The notes under the pieces: model-generated | The model's input: the letters and a program-made list of their open reading frames with translations, nothing else | What the model was told of the DNA's origin: nothing | Database searches by the model: none | DNA from: Polyangiaceae bacterium | GTDB lineage: Bacteria; Myxococcota_A; Polyangia; Polyangiales; Polyangiaceae | Direction of reading: 5' to 3' | Length of the DNA stretch: 35,741 nt | Assembly: GCA_044222475.1 (NCBI GenBank) | Contig: JBGANF010000085.1 | Span: 1 to 35,741, forward strand | Part shown: positions 9,377-19,108 of the stretch, piece by piece | How positions within the stretch are numbered: position 1 is the stretch's first letter | Layout: every line of letters begins with the position of its first letter | Program-made: the position numbers and the translations under genes

Positions 9377-9916
9377 ATGCGACGAATCGCCCTTGTCTTC
9401 GTGGTCGCGCTCGCAGCTTGCCACGGAGCCGGTCAGTACGGTCACGCCGTCAACTACGCGCCGCTCTCGGATGAAGAGAAGGCGCTCGCCGGTGCCAAGG
9501 AGTACGACCCCGTCATGTTCCAGCGAAAGCCGGAAGAGTGGCGCGGCAAGCCGGTTTCGCTGTTCGGCGTGGTCACGTCGCGGGCGAGCGGACCGGGCGG
9601 TGGCGCGTACTTGGCGTTGAGCGTGCGGCGCCTCGAGCCTCGCAACCTGTGCGACTCGAACGCCGACGAAGAGACGTGTCGCGTCACGGTGAGCGATGCG
9701 GACTTCGGCGTCGTTCGCGCGAACGTCGTCCTCAAGGGTGACGACGACATCGGCGAGCACTCGGTCGGCGGCGGTTCGCTCGTTCGCGTGATCGGCACGT
9801 TTGGCGAAGACGTCGATCCGAACGATGGCGCGCCGATCATGCGGGTGACGTACTACCGCCACTGGCCGCGCTACTTCTTCGTGACGAAGGCAGCCGCGTC
9901 GCAGATGCGCCAGTGA
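9377..9916 (+). CDS. lipoprotein, possibly OB-fold/Slp-like
   Basis: Lipobox LAAC. The pattern PEEWRGKPVSLFGVV...LVRVIGTF...P....YRHW recalls Slp-family lipoproteins. Confidence 0.65.
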   Translation: MRRIALVFVVALAACHGAGQYGHAVNYAPLSDEEKALAGAKEYDPVMFQRKPEEWRGKPVSLFGVVTSRASGPGGGAYLALSVRRLEPRNLCDSNADEETCRVTVSDADFGVVRANVVLKGDDDIGEHSVGGGSLVRVIGTFGEDVDPNDGAPIMRVTYYRHWPRYFFVTKAAASQMRQ

Positions 9917-11085
9917 GCGCAGGGCCGGTTCTGCCGCGCCTGCGCGGCGACTCGATCTTGCTCCCGGCGCTCGCGACGGCGCACTCGCACGCCTTTCAGC
10001 GAGGGATGCGGGGCACGGCGCAGCGACCGGTGCCCGGCGGCTCGTCGGACGACTTTTGGACGTGGCGCGGGCAGATGTATCGGCTCTCGACGTCGCTCGA
10101 TCCGCTGTCCATCGAGCGAATCTCGCGGGTGGCGTTTCGCGATTTGCGCCTGGCGGGCGTGGGCACGGTGGGCGAGTTCCACTACGTGCACCACCAAGCG
10201 GATGGGACGCCGTACGAGCAGCGCACGTTGCTCGCCGAGATCGTCACCGAGGCTGCGCTGGACGAAGGCCTCCGCGTGGCGATGTTGCGCGTGGCGTATC
10301 ACCGGGCGGGGTCGGGGCGCCCGGCGGAGCCGGGGCAGCTCCGGTACTGCGATCCGTCCGTCGACGCCGTGCTTCGCGATGTCGACGCGCTGCGGTCGAA
10401 GTACGCGGGGGATCCGCGCGTCGTCGTGGGGATCGCGCCGCACTCGGTGCGGGCGGTGCCGCCGTCTTGGCTTGCGCCGCTCGCGCAATACGCGTCGACC
10501 CATCGTCTACCGTTTCACATGCACGTCGCGGAGCAGCAGCGGGAGGTCGACGAGTGCCTCGCGGAGACCGGGAAGCGGCCGATGGAGCTCCTGGCCGATC
10601 TCGGCGTGCTCTCGGACCGGTTCGTCGCGGTTCATGCGACGAACCTTCTGGAGCACGAGGCTCGGCTTCTCGGTGAGGCGCGAGGTTTTGCGTGCGTGTG
10701 CGCGACGACGGAGCGTGATCTCGGCGACGGTCTCCCGGATCTCGGCGCCCTGCGTGGCGCCGGCGTGCGCCTGTGCACCGGGATCGACAGCCACGTGATC
10801 ACGGATCCGTTCGACGATCTGCGGGCGCTGGAGACGCACGAGCGGCTGCGGGCTCGAAAACGGGTGACCTTCGCGCCCGCGTCGGAGAGCCCGGCGTCTG
10901 CGCTCTGGCGGTCGGGGTCCATCGACGGGGCCGTCGCGTGCGGCTTCGTCGACGACGGTCCTGACGTCGTGCTCGACCGGGCGCACCCGCTTCTCGAGCT
11001 GGTGGCGGATGAGAATCTCCTCGACGCGATTGTCTTCTCGGGCACTCCGGCCCTCGTGAAGGCCCTCGAGCCCAGAGCGACCTGA
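9913..11085 (+). CDS. hutF: formimidoylglutamate deiminase-like amidohydrolase
   Basis: Motifs HSHAFQR, DDFWTWR.QMY, VGEFHYVHH, APHSVRAV, HMHVAEQ..EV, VHAT, TE.DLGDG and GIDS. The protein is shorter than a typical HutF. Confidence 0.8.
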   Translation: MSAGPVLPRLRGDSILLPALATAHSHAFQRGMRGTAQRPVPGGSSDDFWTWRGQMYRLSTSLDPLSIERISRVAFRDLRLAGVGTVGEFHYVHHQADGTPYEQRTLLAEIVTEAALDEGLRVAMLRVAYHRAGSGRPAEPGQLRYCDPSVDAVLRDVDALRSKYAGDPRVVVGIAPHSVRAVPPSWLAPLAQYASTHRLPFHMHVAEQQREVDECLAETGKRPMELLADLGVLSDRFVAVHATNLLEHEARLLGEARGFACVCATTERDLGDGLPDLGALRGAGVRLCTGIDSHVITDPFDDLRALETHERLRARKRVTFAPASESPASALWRSGSIDGAVACGFVDDGPDVVLDRAHPLLELVADENLLDAIVFSGTPALVKALEPRAT

Positions 11086-11086
11086 C

Positions 11087-11111
11087 TGGCGCGGCGCCAC
11101 CTGGCGCGCCA
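11087..11111. promoter_or_regulatory. tandem palindromes, candidate activator (UAS) sites
   Basis: TGGCGC-G-GCGCCA (11087-11099) and TGGCGCGCCA (11102-11111), about 145-170 bp upstream of the predicted sigma-54 start site. Confidence 0.35.
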
Positions 11112-11228
11112 TTTCGCCACTCCGCCCAAGACCCCCCGAAAACCACCCTTTCGTTAGCATGGTGACGATCGGCCCAAATTTCAGGGGTATCGAGGCGACG
11201 TCTCGCGAGCGAGGTACGGCGGCTCCGT

Positions 11229-11244
11229 TGGCACGCGGTGTGCT
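11229..11244 (+). promoter_or_regulatory. candidate sigma-54 promoter for the MarR-like gene
   Basis: TGGCACG-CGGT-GTGCT: perfect -24 element and GG-N10-GC spacing. Confidence 0.6.
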
Positions 11245-11256
11245 CTTCGGTGGTGA

Positions 11257-11817
11257 ATGCACCCAGCGTTCTTCGACATCAAACAGGCCCACCTCTCCGC
11301 CGTTCGCTTCGGCCGTCGGGAGACGCAAGCGGTGGGACTCACTCCCGCGCGCCTCGACATGCTCCGCACGATCATGGAGCAACCCGGCATGCTCGTCCGG
11401 CAATGCAAGCTCCGACACTTCCTGGGCGTCAGCAACGCCGTCGTGAGCATCATGGTCCGCGCGCTCGAAGCACTCGGCTTCGTGAGACGAACTCGTGCAG
11501 AGCACGACGGTCGAACCTTCGAGGTCCGCCTGACGGGCCTTGCCAAGCGCGCCCTTCGCGCGGTGTTCTTCGAGACGGTGACGATGGGCTTCCTCGAGCT
11601 CGCACTCGTGAGCGCCTTCGTGAAGGACCACGTGCCTCGCCGAGGATGGGAGAAGACCGTCTACCGGCTCCAATGCCGACTCGAGATGTTCCGCCGCGCG
11701 TTCGGCATCGGATACACGAGCTACAACCCGTGGGACGCCAACGACGACGACGAGTCGTTCTACTACGACGACTCCTCCGACAATCCCAACGCGGGTACGT
11801 CCGCTCCGATCGACTAG
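11257..11817 (+). CDS. MarR-family winged-helix protein
   Basis: Motif GLTPARLDML...QCKLRHFLGVSNAVVSIMVRALEALGFVRR...DGR...VRLT, followed by an acidic C-terminal tail. Confidence 0.8.
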   Translation: MHPAFFDIKQAHLSAVRFGRRETQAVGLTPARLDMLRTIMEQPGMLVRQCKLRHFLGVSNAVVSIMVRALEALGFVRRTRAEHDGRTFEVRLTGLAKRALRAVFFETVTMGFLELALVSAFVKDHVPRRGWEKTVYRLQCRLEMFRRAFGIGYTSYNPWDANDDDESFYYDDSSDNPNAGTSAPID

Positions 11818-12665
11818 GGCTTCGACCGATCGTAGACCTTCTCGAGCGCGAAGAGGTCCTCGTCGCCGAGCCCCGCCTCGACCCCGCGCGCGACCTCGCC
11901 GTCCACCGCGTCCAGCGCCCGGAGCGTCATCCCCGACGCCGCCGCGAACTCTCGCGCGAGCCGCAGGTCCTTCTGGGTCAGCCGCAGCGAGAACTCGGGC
12001 TCGCCGTAGCGCCGCTCGAGGACTCGCGCCTTCTTGCCCACGTAGCTCGGCGAGGCGAAGGCGCCGTCGGTGAACGCGTCGACGATCGCCGCGCGATCGA
12101 GCCCGGCGCGCTCGCCGAGCGCGAGCATGCTCGCAAACGCCACTAGGTGATGCGCTCCGAGCCCATTGAGCACGACCTTGAGCGCCTGACCTTGACCGAC
12201 TCCACCCGCGTGGATGACCCGCCGGCACAGGACGCCGAGCACCGGCTTCGCCCGCGTGATGTCTTCCGGCGCGCCACCAGCAAAACCGAGCAACGTCCCT
12301 TTCCGCGCGGGACCAACGGTCCCACTCACCGGCACGTCGATGAACGCGCAGCCTCTGGCACGCGCCCGCGCATCGGCGTCCCGCGCCGCCGCGACGCCGC
12401 TGGTCCCCATGTCGATGAAGAGCGCTCCAGGCCGCGCATGGGCCAACGCGGCATCGAGAACCTCGAGCATGGCGTGGTCGTCGCTCAGCATCATCACGAT
12501 CACAGCGGCGCCCCCTACGGCGTCGGCGAGCGTCGGCGTCGCCTGACGGCGTTCCCACGCGACGACCTCGAGGCCCTCGGAGACCATCCGCTCGCGCATC
12601 GCTCGACCCATGGCACCGAGGCCGAGGAGGCTGACGACGGTGGTGGCAGAAGCAGGCGGCGGCAT
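11814..12665 (-). CDS. NAD(P)-dependent oxidoreductase, 3-hydroxyisobutyrate dehydrogenase family
   Basis: Motifs [27 protein letters not shown]...N and F.L.L.QKDL. ATG start at 12665. Confidence 0.9.
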   Translation of the reverse strand: MPPPASATTVVSLLGLGAMGRAMRERMVSEGLEVVAWERRQATPTLADAVGGAAVIVMMLSDDHAMLEVLDAALAHARPGALFIDMGTSGVAAARDADARARARGCAFIDVPVSGTVGPARKGTLLGFAGGAPEDITRAKPVLGVLCRRVIHAGGVGQGQALKVVLNGLGAHHLVAFASMLALGERAGLDRAAIVDAFTDGAFASPSYVGKKARVLERRYGEPEFSLRLTQKDLRLAREFAAASGMTLRALDAVDGEVARGVEAGLGDEDLFALEKVYDRSKP

Positions 12666-12736
12666 GCCGCCACCATAGCGCCCCGCGCGAAGGTTCGCTT
12701 GCACGCGCTGGCGAATCGGTCGATGCTTCGTGCTCC

Positions 12737-14869
<2,133 letters not shown>

Positions 14870-14890
14870 TCGGTTCGAGTCGCACCGGCG

Positions 14891-15730
14891 CTACGGCGTG
14901 AGGTCGCAGCGGAAGTCGTCGAATTGGGTCGTCGATGGACCGTTGTCGCTGTCGTCGGGCTCGCCGAGGTACAGCTCCAGTGTCTTGTCGTTGGTGCCGG
15001 CGAAGATCGACGTCGAGAGCTGCGTCGTCGCTCCGCCTGCGGGCGAGACGGTGAGCGTGGCCGTCTTCGCCGGATAGCTCACGTCGACCGTGAGCTTCGT
15101 CCAGACACCGCTGGGGATTCCACCGGCCGCGGTGGTGAGCGTCTTCGCCGTGGTGACGAAGCCGCCGTCGGCACCCGGTCGGCCTTCGATGAGCTGCGTC
15201 TGGGTCGGGCCGATCTTCACGTAGGTGCTCGTGCGTGCGCCGTCACGCAGCGTGACCTCGACGATCTGGTAGTCGTCACCGCTGGCGGTGGGTCGCACGT
15301 CGATGCGCACCGACAATGTGCAGACTACACGGGTCAGACCGGAGGGAACCGGGATGAGCTTCTGCATCCCCGCCCGACGGGACGCGCCGGAGGGGACGAG
15401 CAGGTCCATCCGCAGGCGGTTCGGTGCGCTGAGCCCGCCGTTTTCGAGGGAGAGCACTCCGTCGAGTTGCTGGATCGCGGTCCATCGCCCGCCCAGGGGC
15501 CCTTCGTCGAAGTCGTCGCAGAACGAGCTGTCGGGGCACGGCGCTCGCGGCACGTCCGGCCCCACGTCGACGGCGCCGTCCGCCGAGCCGTCCACGTTGG
15601 CATCGCCCGACGACCCATCGACGAGCGTCGAAGCATCGGCCCCGTCTCCGGCGAGACCCCGGAGCTCTGGCAGCAGGCACGCCGCCGCGAGGCACCCGAG
15701 GGCGACGCCGATGCCATAGGCCCACCGCAT
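14891..15730 (-). CDS. exported lipoprotein with Asp/Gly linker and beta-sandwich (lectin-like) domain
   Basis: Signal with LAAAC, D-G-rich linker, FCDDFDEG motif and C-terminal FDDFRCD. Start is ATG 15730 (or 15733). Confidence 0.7.
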   Translation of the reverse strand: MRWAYGIGVALGCLAAACLLPELRGLAGDGADASTLVDGSSGDANVDGSADGAVDVGPDVPRAPCPDSSFCDDFDEGPLGGRWTAIQQLDGVLSLENGGLSAPNRLRMDLLVPSGASRRAGMQKLIPVPSGLTRVVCTLSVRIDVRPTASGDDYQIVEVTLRDGARTSTYVKIGPTQTQLIEGRPGADGGFVTTAKTLTTAAGGIPSGVWTKLTVDVSYPAKTATLTVSPAGGATTQLSTSIFAGTNDKTLELYLGEPDDSDNGPSTTQFDDFRCDLTP

Positions 15731-15847
15731 CATCGAAATCTATCACGTGTACGGCGAACCGGACGCCGCGCCGGGTCGTCGTCCGGAAGATCGGACACCG
15801 ACGGGCGCGGTCGGCCACGATTCGCGCCGTTTCTCCGGAAATCCTCG

Positions 15848-15863
15848 TGGCACGGCGCTCGCA
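15848..15863 (+). promoter_or_regulatory. candidate sigma-54 promoter
   Basis: TGGCACG-GCGC-TCGCA with GG-N10-GC spacing. GGAGG RBS at 15898-15902 precedes ATG 15908. Confidence 0.55.
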
Positions 15864-15907
15864 ATGGAGACGCTCACGACCGCGCGTCGCGGTCTCTGGA
15901 GGTCACC

Positions 15908-16426
15908 ATGCAACCCCGCCAACGCAACCGCATCGTCGTCGTCACCCTTGCCCTCGCCGTCGTCGCATCGCTGCAGACCGTCGCGTGCTCGAGCGCAGGC
16001 GACTCTACTGTTTCGTCGTCGTCGAGCATCACCAGCGTCGAGGACGACTACTCGCGCATGGTCGGTCGGTGGCAGTTCGTCTACACCGACGCCCGCCGCG
16101 CGGCGGTCGAATCCGAGCTCGCCAAAGAGATCTCGGATCCGACGAAGCTCGCTGCCGCGAAGAAGGACGCGGAGGACGAAGCAGCAGTGTCCGTGATCGA
16201 GCTCACCGCAGATCGCGAGTACCGCTCGTTCATCGGCGACGAGCTCATCTACCACGATCGCTGCGCGCGGATGACTCGTGGGTCCTCGCCGGGGTCGGTC
16301 GAGTGCACGCCCGACCTGCTCGTGCTTCGCATCCTCGGCGGCAAGCCCTCGATGCGGCTCGACGGCGACGAGCTCGTGATGACCGATCCCCGCCGTGGGG
16401 AGCTCCGCTTCCGCCGCGCGCGCTGA
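15908..16426 (+). CDS. hypothetical lipoprotein
   Basis: RBS GGAGG, signal ending QTVAC, Ser-rich linker and a lipocalin-like VGRW motif. Confidence 0.7.
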   Translation: MQPRQRNRIVVVTLALAVVASLQTVACSSAGDSTVSSSSSITSVEDDYSRMVGRWQFVYTDARRAAVESELAKEISDPTKLAAAKKDAEDEAAVSVIELTADREYRSFIGDELIYHDRCARMTRGSSPGSVECTPDLLVLRILGGKPSMRLDGDELVMTDPRRGELRFRRAR

Positions 16427-16434
16427 CGGAAGCG

Positions 16435-17136
16435 TCAGCGGCGTCGGAACAGCACGCTGAGCCCCGGCAGGACGAGATCGATCTCGTCGCCCGACGATCG
16501 GTTCGCGCCCATCTCCATCGCGTGGTCGAACGTGATGCGCTGCAAGCTCTGGAGATGCGCGGCCCACTCGCGCTCGGCGGCTTCGTCCTCCGGAGCTCGC
16601 TGTCCGCTCAGTGCCGCTTCCTCTCGCGCACGGACGCGCCGGAGAACGGCGACCAGCTCCTTGGCGTCGAACCACAGCCCGTGCTCCGTGCACGCGTCGA
16701 CGGACACGTCGGTGAGGGCGGCGAAGCGGTAGCGATCCATCTCGCGTCGACACACCGGGCAACGGACCAGCGCGGCGAGGGCCGATTCGGGCAGGGCTTT
16801 CCCTGGAAGGGGAGGCACCATGTTCGCGACGACACGTCGCTCGGCGTCGTGGTCCTCGAGGAGCTCGGCCCAGTCCGCCGGAGTGACGAGCGCGCCGGCG
16901 CAGCCCGGGCAACGCAGCACCGCGCCGGCACCGAACGCGATCGCCGCGAGGGCCTCGCCGCACCGCGGGCACGACGGCGAGAGCTCGGTCCCGTGGACGT
17001 CGCTCGTCGACGCCTCCGTGCCACACCGAACGCAGTAGCCCACCGCGTTGATCCCGTCGCCGCAGCTCAGGCAGCGTCGGGGTACCGCCGCGCCGGGCCG
17101 TTGCGACGTGCGATACGGCGATCGCGTGTCGCTCAC
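16435..17136 (-). CDS. multi zinc-ribbon (zf-TFIIB-type) protein
   Basis: CLSC/CVRC, CPRC/CPGC and CPVC...VDACTEHGLWFDAKEL. GTG start at 17136 overlaps the upstream stop (GTGA). Confidence 0.8.
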   Translation of the reverse strand: MSDTRSPYRTSQRPGAAVPRRCLSCGDGINAVGYCVRCGTEASTSDVHGTELSPSCPRCGEALAAIAFGAGAVLRCPGCAGALVTPADWAELLEDHDAERRVVANMVPPLPGKALPESALAALVRCPVCRREMDRYRFAALTDVSVDACTEHGLWFDAKELVAVLRRVRAREEAALSGQRAPEDEAAEREWAAHLQSLQRITFDHAMEMGANRSSGDEIDLVLPGLSVLFRRR

Positions 17137-18968
17137 TTCGGCGTCGGAGGAATGACGACCGTGTTGATCGGTTGGACGCTCGCGCCGGCCGGGTAGGCGT
17201 AGCTCACCGCCTCCGAGAACGCGGTCCCCGCGGACGCCTTGCTGCCCCACCCCCAGACGGTGAGCCCGAACGGCACGTCGCTCGTCGCCGAGTGGCGACC
17301 GTTGTCGCAGTTGCCGACCTTGGCGAAGTTGCCGGTCACGAGATCGAGGCGGGTGAACTCGTAGTTGCCGCTGCTGCCGACCGGCGCCCAACCGGTGAGC
17401 TTGCCGGCGCAGTCGAGGCTCACGTCGTGGAAGGTCTGATCGTTCGCCTTCTTGCGCACGAAGACGAGGTGCGTCTCCGGATACGTCGGGTCGGTGAAGA
17501 ACGTGTACCCCGCGAGGTACTGCTCCGGCGGGATCACGTTCACGAACTCGGGGTCGCCCGCGCAGCCGACCGGCGAGCCGTAGTTGCCCGGCAGCGTGAA
17601 ACAGCCGGTCATGTGGCCGCCGAGGAAGAACGGGTGCTTGTCGTCTTGGCTCTTGATCGTGAACGGCGGGCCTTTCACCGTGCCGGCGTTCGCGTTGAGC
17701 TCGATGACCTGCCCGCTCGCGAGCGTCGTCGGGGCGCCGGTGATCGGCGGGTCGAACGTGAGCGTCGTGCCATCGACCGCGCCGACGATGCGCCAGGGCG
17801 GCGTCTCGTCGAAGCCGGCGAGGCGGTTGCGGTAGCGGACCGCGACGTACTCGTGGCCGAGCGCCTTCACCGGCGGGATCTGCTGGTGCATGCCGTCGCA
17901 CGCCGGTTGCTCCAAGTTGGTACATCCGTGGCCGCCCCACGAACCGACGGGCTTCGTCGCCTTGACGACGCTGCCGGAAAGATCGGTCGGCTGGTGGAAC
18001 CGCACGAACTGACCCTTGTTCAGGGTGTACGTCGTGGGGACGCCCTTCGCGGCGGCGGCGACGCCGGTGCCTCCGACGATGGCTGCCGTCGGGCTGATCG
18101 TGAAGCTCGTGTTGTCTTCCATCGCGGTGACCGCGATCCACGGGTTGCCGAACCCGGTCTCGCTCCACGTGCTCGTCGTGACGTAGTTGTCGTCCCACGC
18201 CGACGTCGGGAGGAGGAGCGTCGCTCCGGTGACCGCGCTCGAGCCGCCGCCGTACGGGAAGATGTCGTACGCGACGACTGGCGCGTTGGTCGTGATGTGG
18301 AACGCCTGACTCTTCGCCGTCCCCGCGGTGCCGACGCCGCCCTTCACGCCGACGTTGACGCCCGCAGGACACGACGCACCGTCGTCCGAGAGGAAGAGGA
18401 TGCCGACGCCGCCGGTCGGGATGGTGTTGTTCGCGAGCGGCGCGTAGGTGAGGTTCTTGCCGCCTCCTTGGGGCGCGTACGCGATGCCGGTGAGCGGAGC
18501 GCCGCCGCGCTCGACGGCGACCGTGACGGGGGAGCCCCAGGTGTTCGCCACGAAGGCGGCGAAGCAGGTCTGGCCGGTGAAGTCGGTGGCGCTGAGCGCG
18601 AAGTACTCGCAACCGACGCTGCTCTTGTTCTGCTTCGCGGCGTCGCAGGCGTCGACACACGTTCCTCCCGGGGCGCAGCCCTTGTCGGGTGGGCAGGCGA
18701 GGACGACGTTTCCGTTGCAGTCCACGACGTTGTGGAGGTCACCCGAACAGCCGACGCTGCAGTTGCTGCTGTCCTTCCCGGGGCCGGTGTCGCCGAAGGG
18801 GTCCGGAGCGTCGAGATCGACGATGGACTCGTCGCCGGTCGAGCCGTCGGGGGTGTTGGCGTTGCAATCGAAGCCGCTGCACTGGTTGGTGCTCCCGCAA
18901 GAGCTCAGGGCGAACCCCAGTCCCGCGATCGACACCCCGCCAAAGACGAGACCCAAGAGGACGCGCAT
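17133..18968 (-). CDS. IgGFc-binding-domain lipoprotein
   Basis: RBS GGAGG, ATG 18968 and lipobox LSSC, then a Cys-rich region. Motifs SSVGCEY, ATLLLPTSAWDDNY, QQIPPVKALGHEY, GDPEFV, PFGLTVWGW and SYAYPAG. Confidence 0.85.
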   Translation of the reverse strand: MRVLLGLVFGGVSIAGLGFALSSCGSTNQCSGFDCNANTPDGSTGDESIVDLDAPDPFGDTGPGKDSSNCSVGCSGDLHNVVDCNGNVVLACPPDKGCAPGGTCVDACDAAKQNKSSVGCEYFALSATDFTGQTCFAAFVANTWGSPVTVAVERGGAPLTGIAYAPQGGGKNLTYAPLANNTIPTGGVGILFLSDDGASCPAGVNVGVKGGVGTAGTAKSQAFHITTNAPVVAYDIFPYGGGSSAVTGATLLLPTSAWDDNYVTTSTWSETGFGNPWIAVTAMEDNTSFTISPTAAIVGGTGVAAAAKGVPTTYTLNKGQFVRFHQPTDLSGSVVKATKPVGSWGGHGCTNLEQPACDGMHQQIPPVKALGHEYVAVRYRNRLAGFDETPPWRIVGAVDGTTLTFDPPITGAPTTLASGQVIELNANAGTVKGPPFTIKSQDDKHPFFLGGHMTGCFTLPGNYGSPVGCAGDPEFVNVIPPEQYLAGYTFFTDPTYPETHLVFVRKKANDQTFHDVSLDCAGKLTGWAPVGSSGNYEFTRLDLVTGNFAKVGNCDNGRHSATSDVPFGLTVWGWGSKASAGTAFSEAVSYAYPAGASVQPINTVVIPPTPK

Positions 18969-19108
18969 GGAAATGCCTCCAAGAACAAGTGCACCACGCA
19001 AGCACCTCACCCGCAAGGTTTGGCCGTCGATTCCGTTGAATCAGCTGGATCAGAAGCGGGCATTCGTCCGTCCATCACCATCATCTCGGAAGAAGGTCAC
19101 GTGCTACG

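Noticed and set aside
11257..12665. Slightly atypical codon usage suggesting a horizontally acquired islet
   Set aside because: This is an impression only. No integrase, transposase or flanking direct repeats are visible, and it would need a computed GC3/codon analysis.
12666..12736. Possible SOS/LexA box upstream of uvrB
   Set aside because: I could not see a convincing palindrome or recognisable LexA site in the 71-bp intergenic region.
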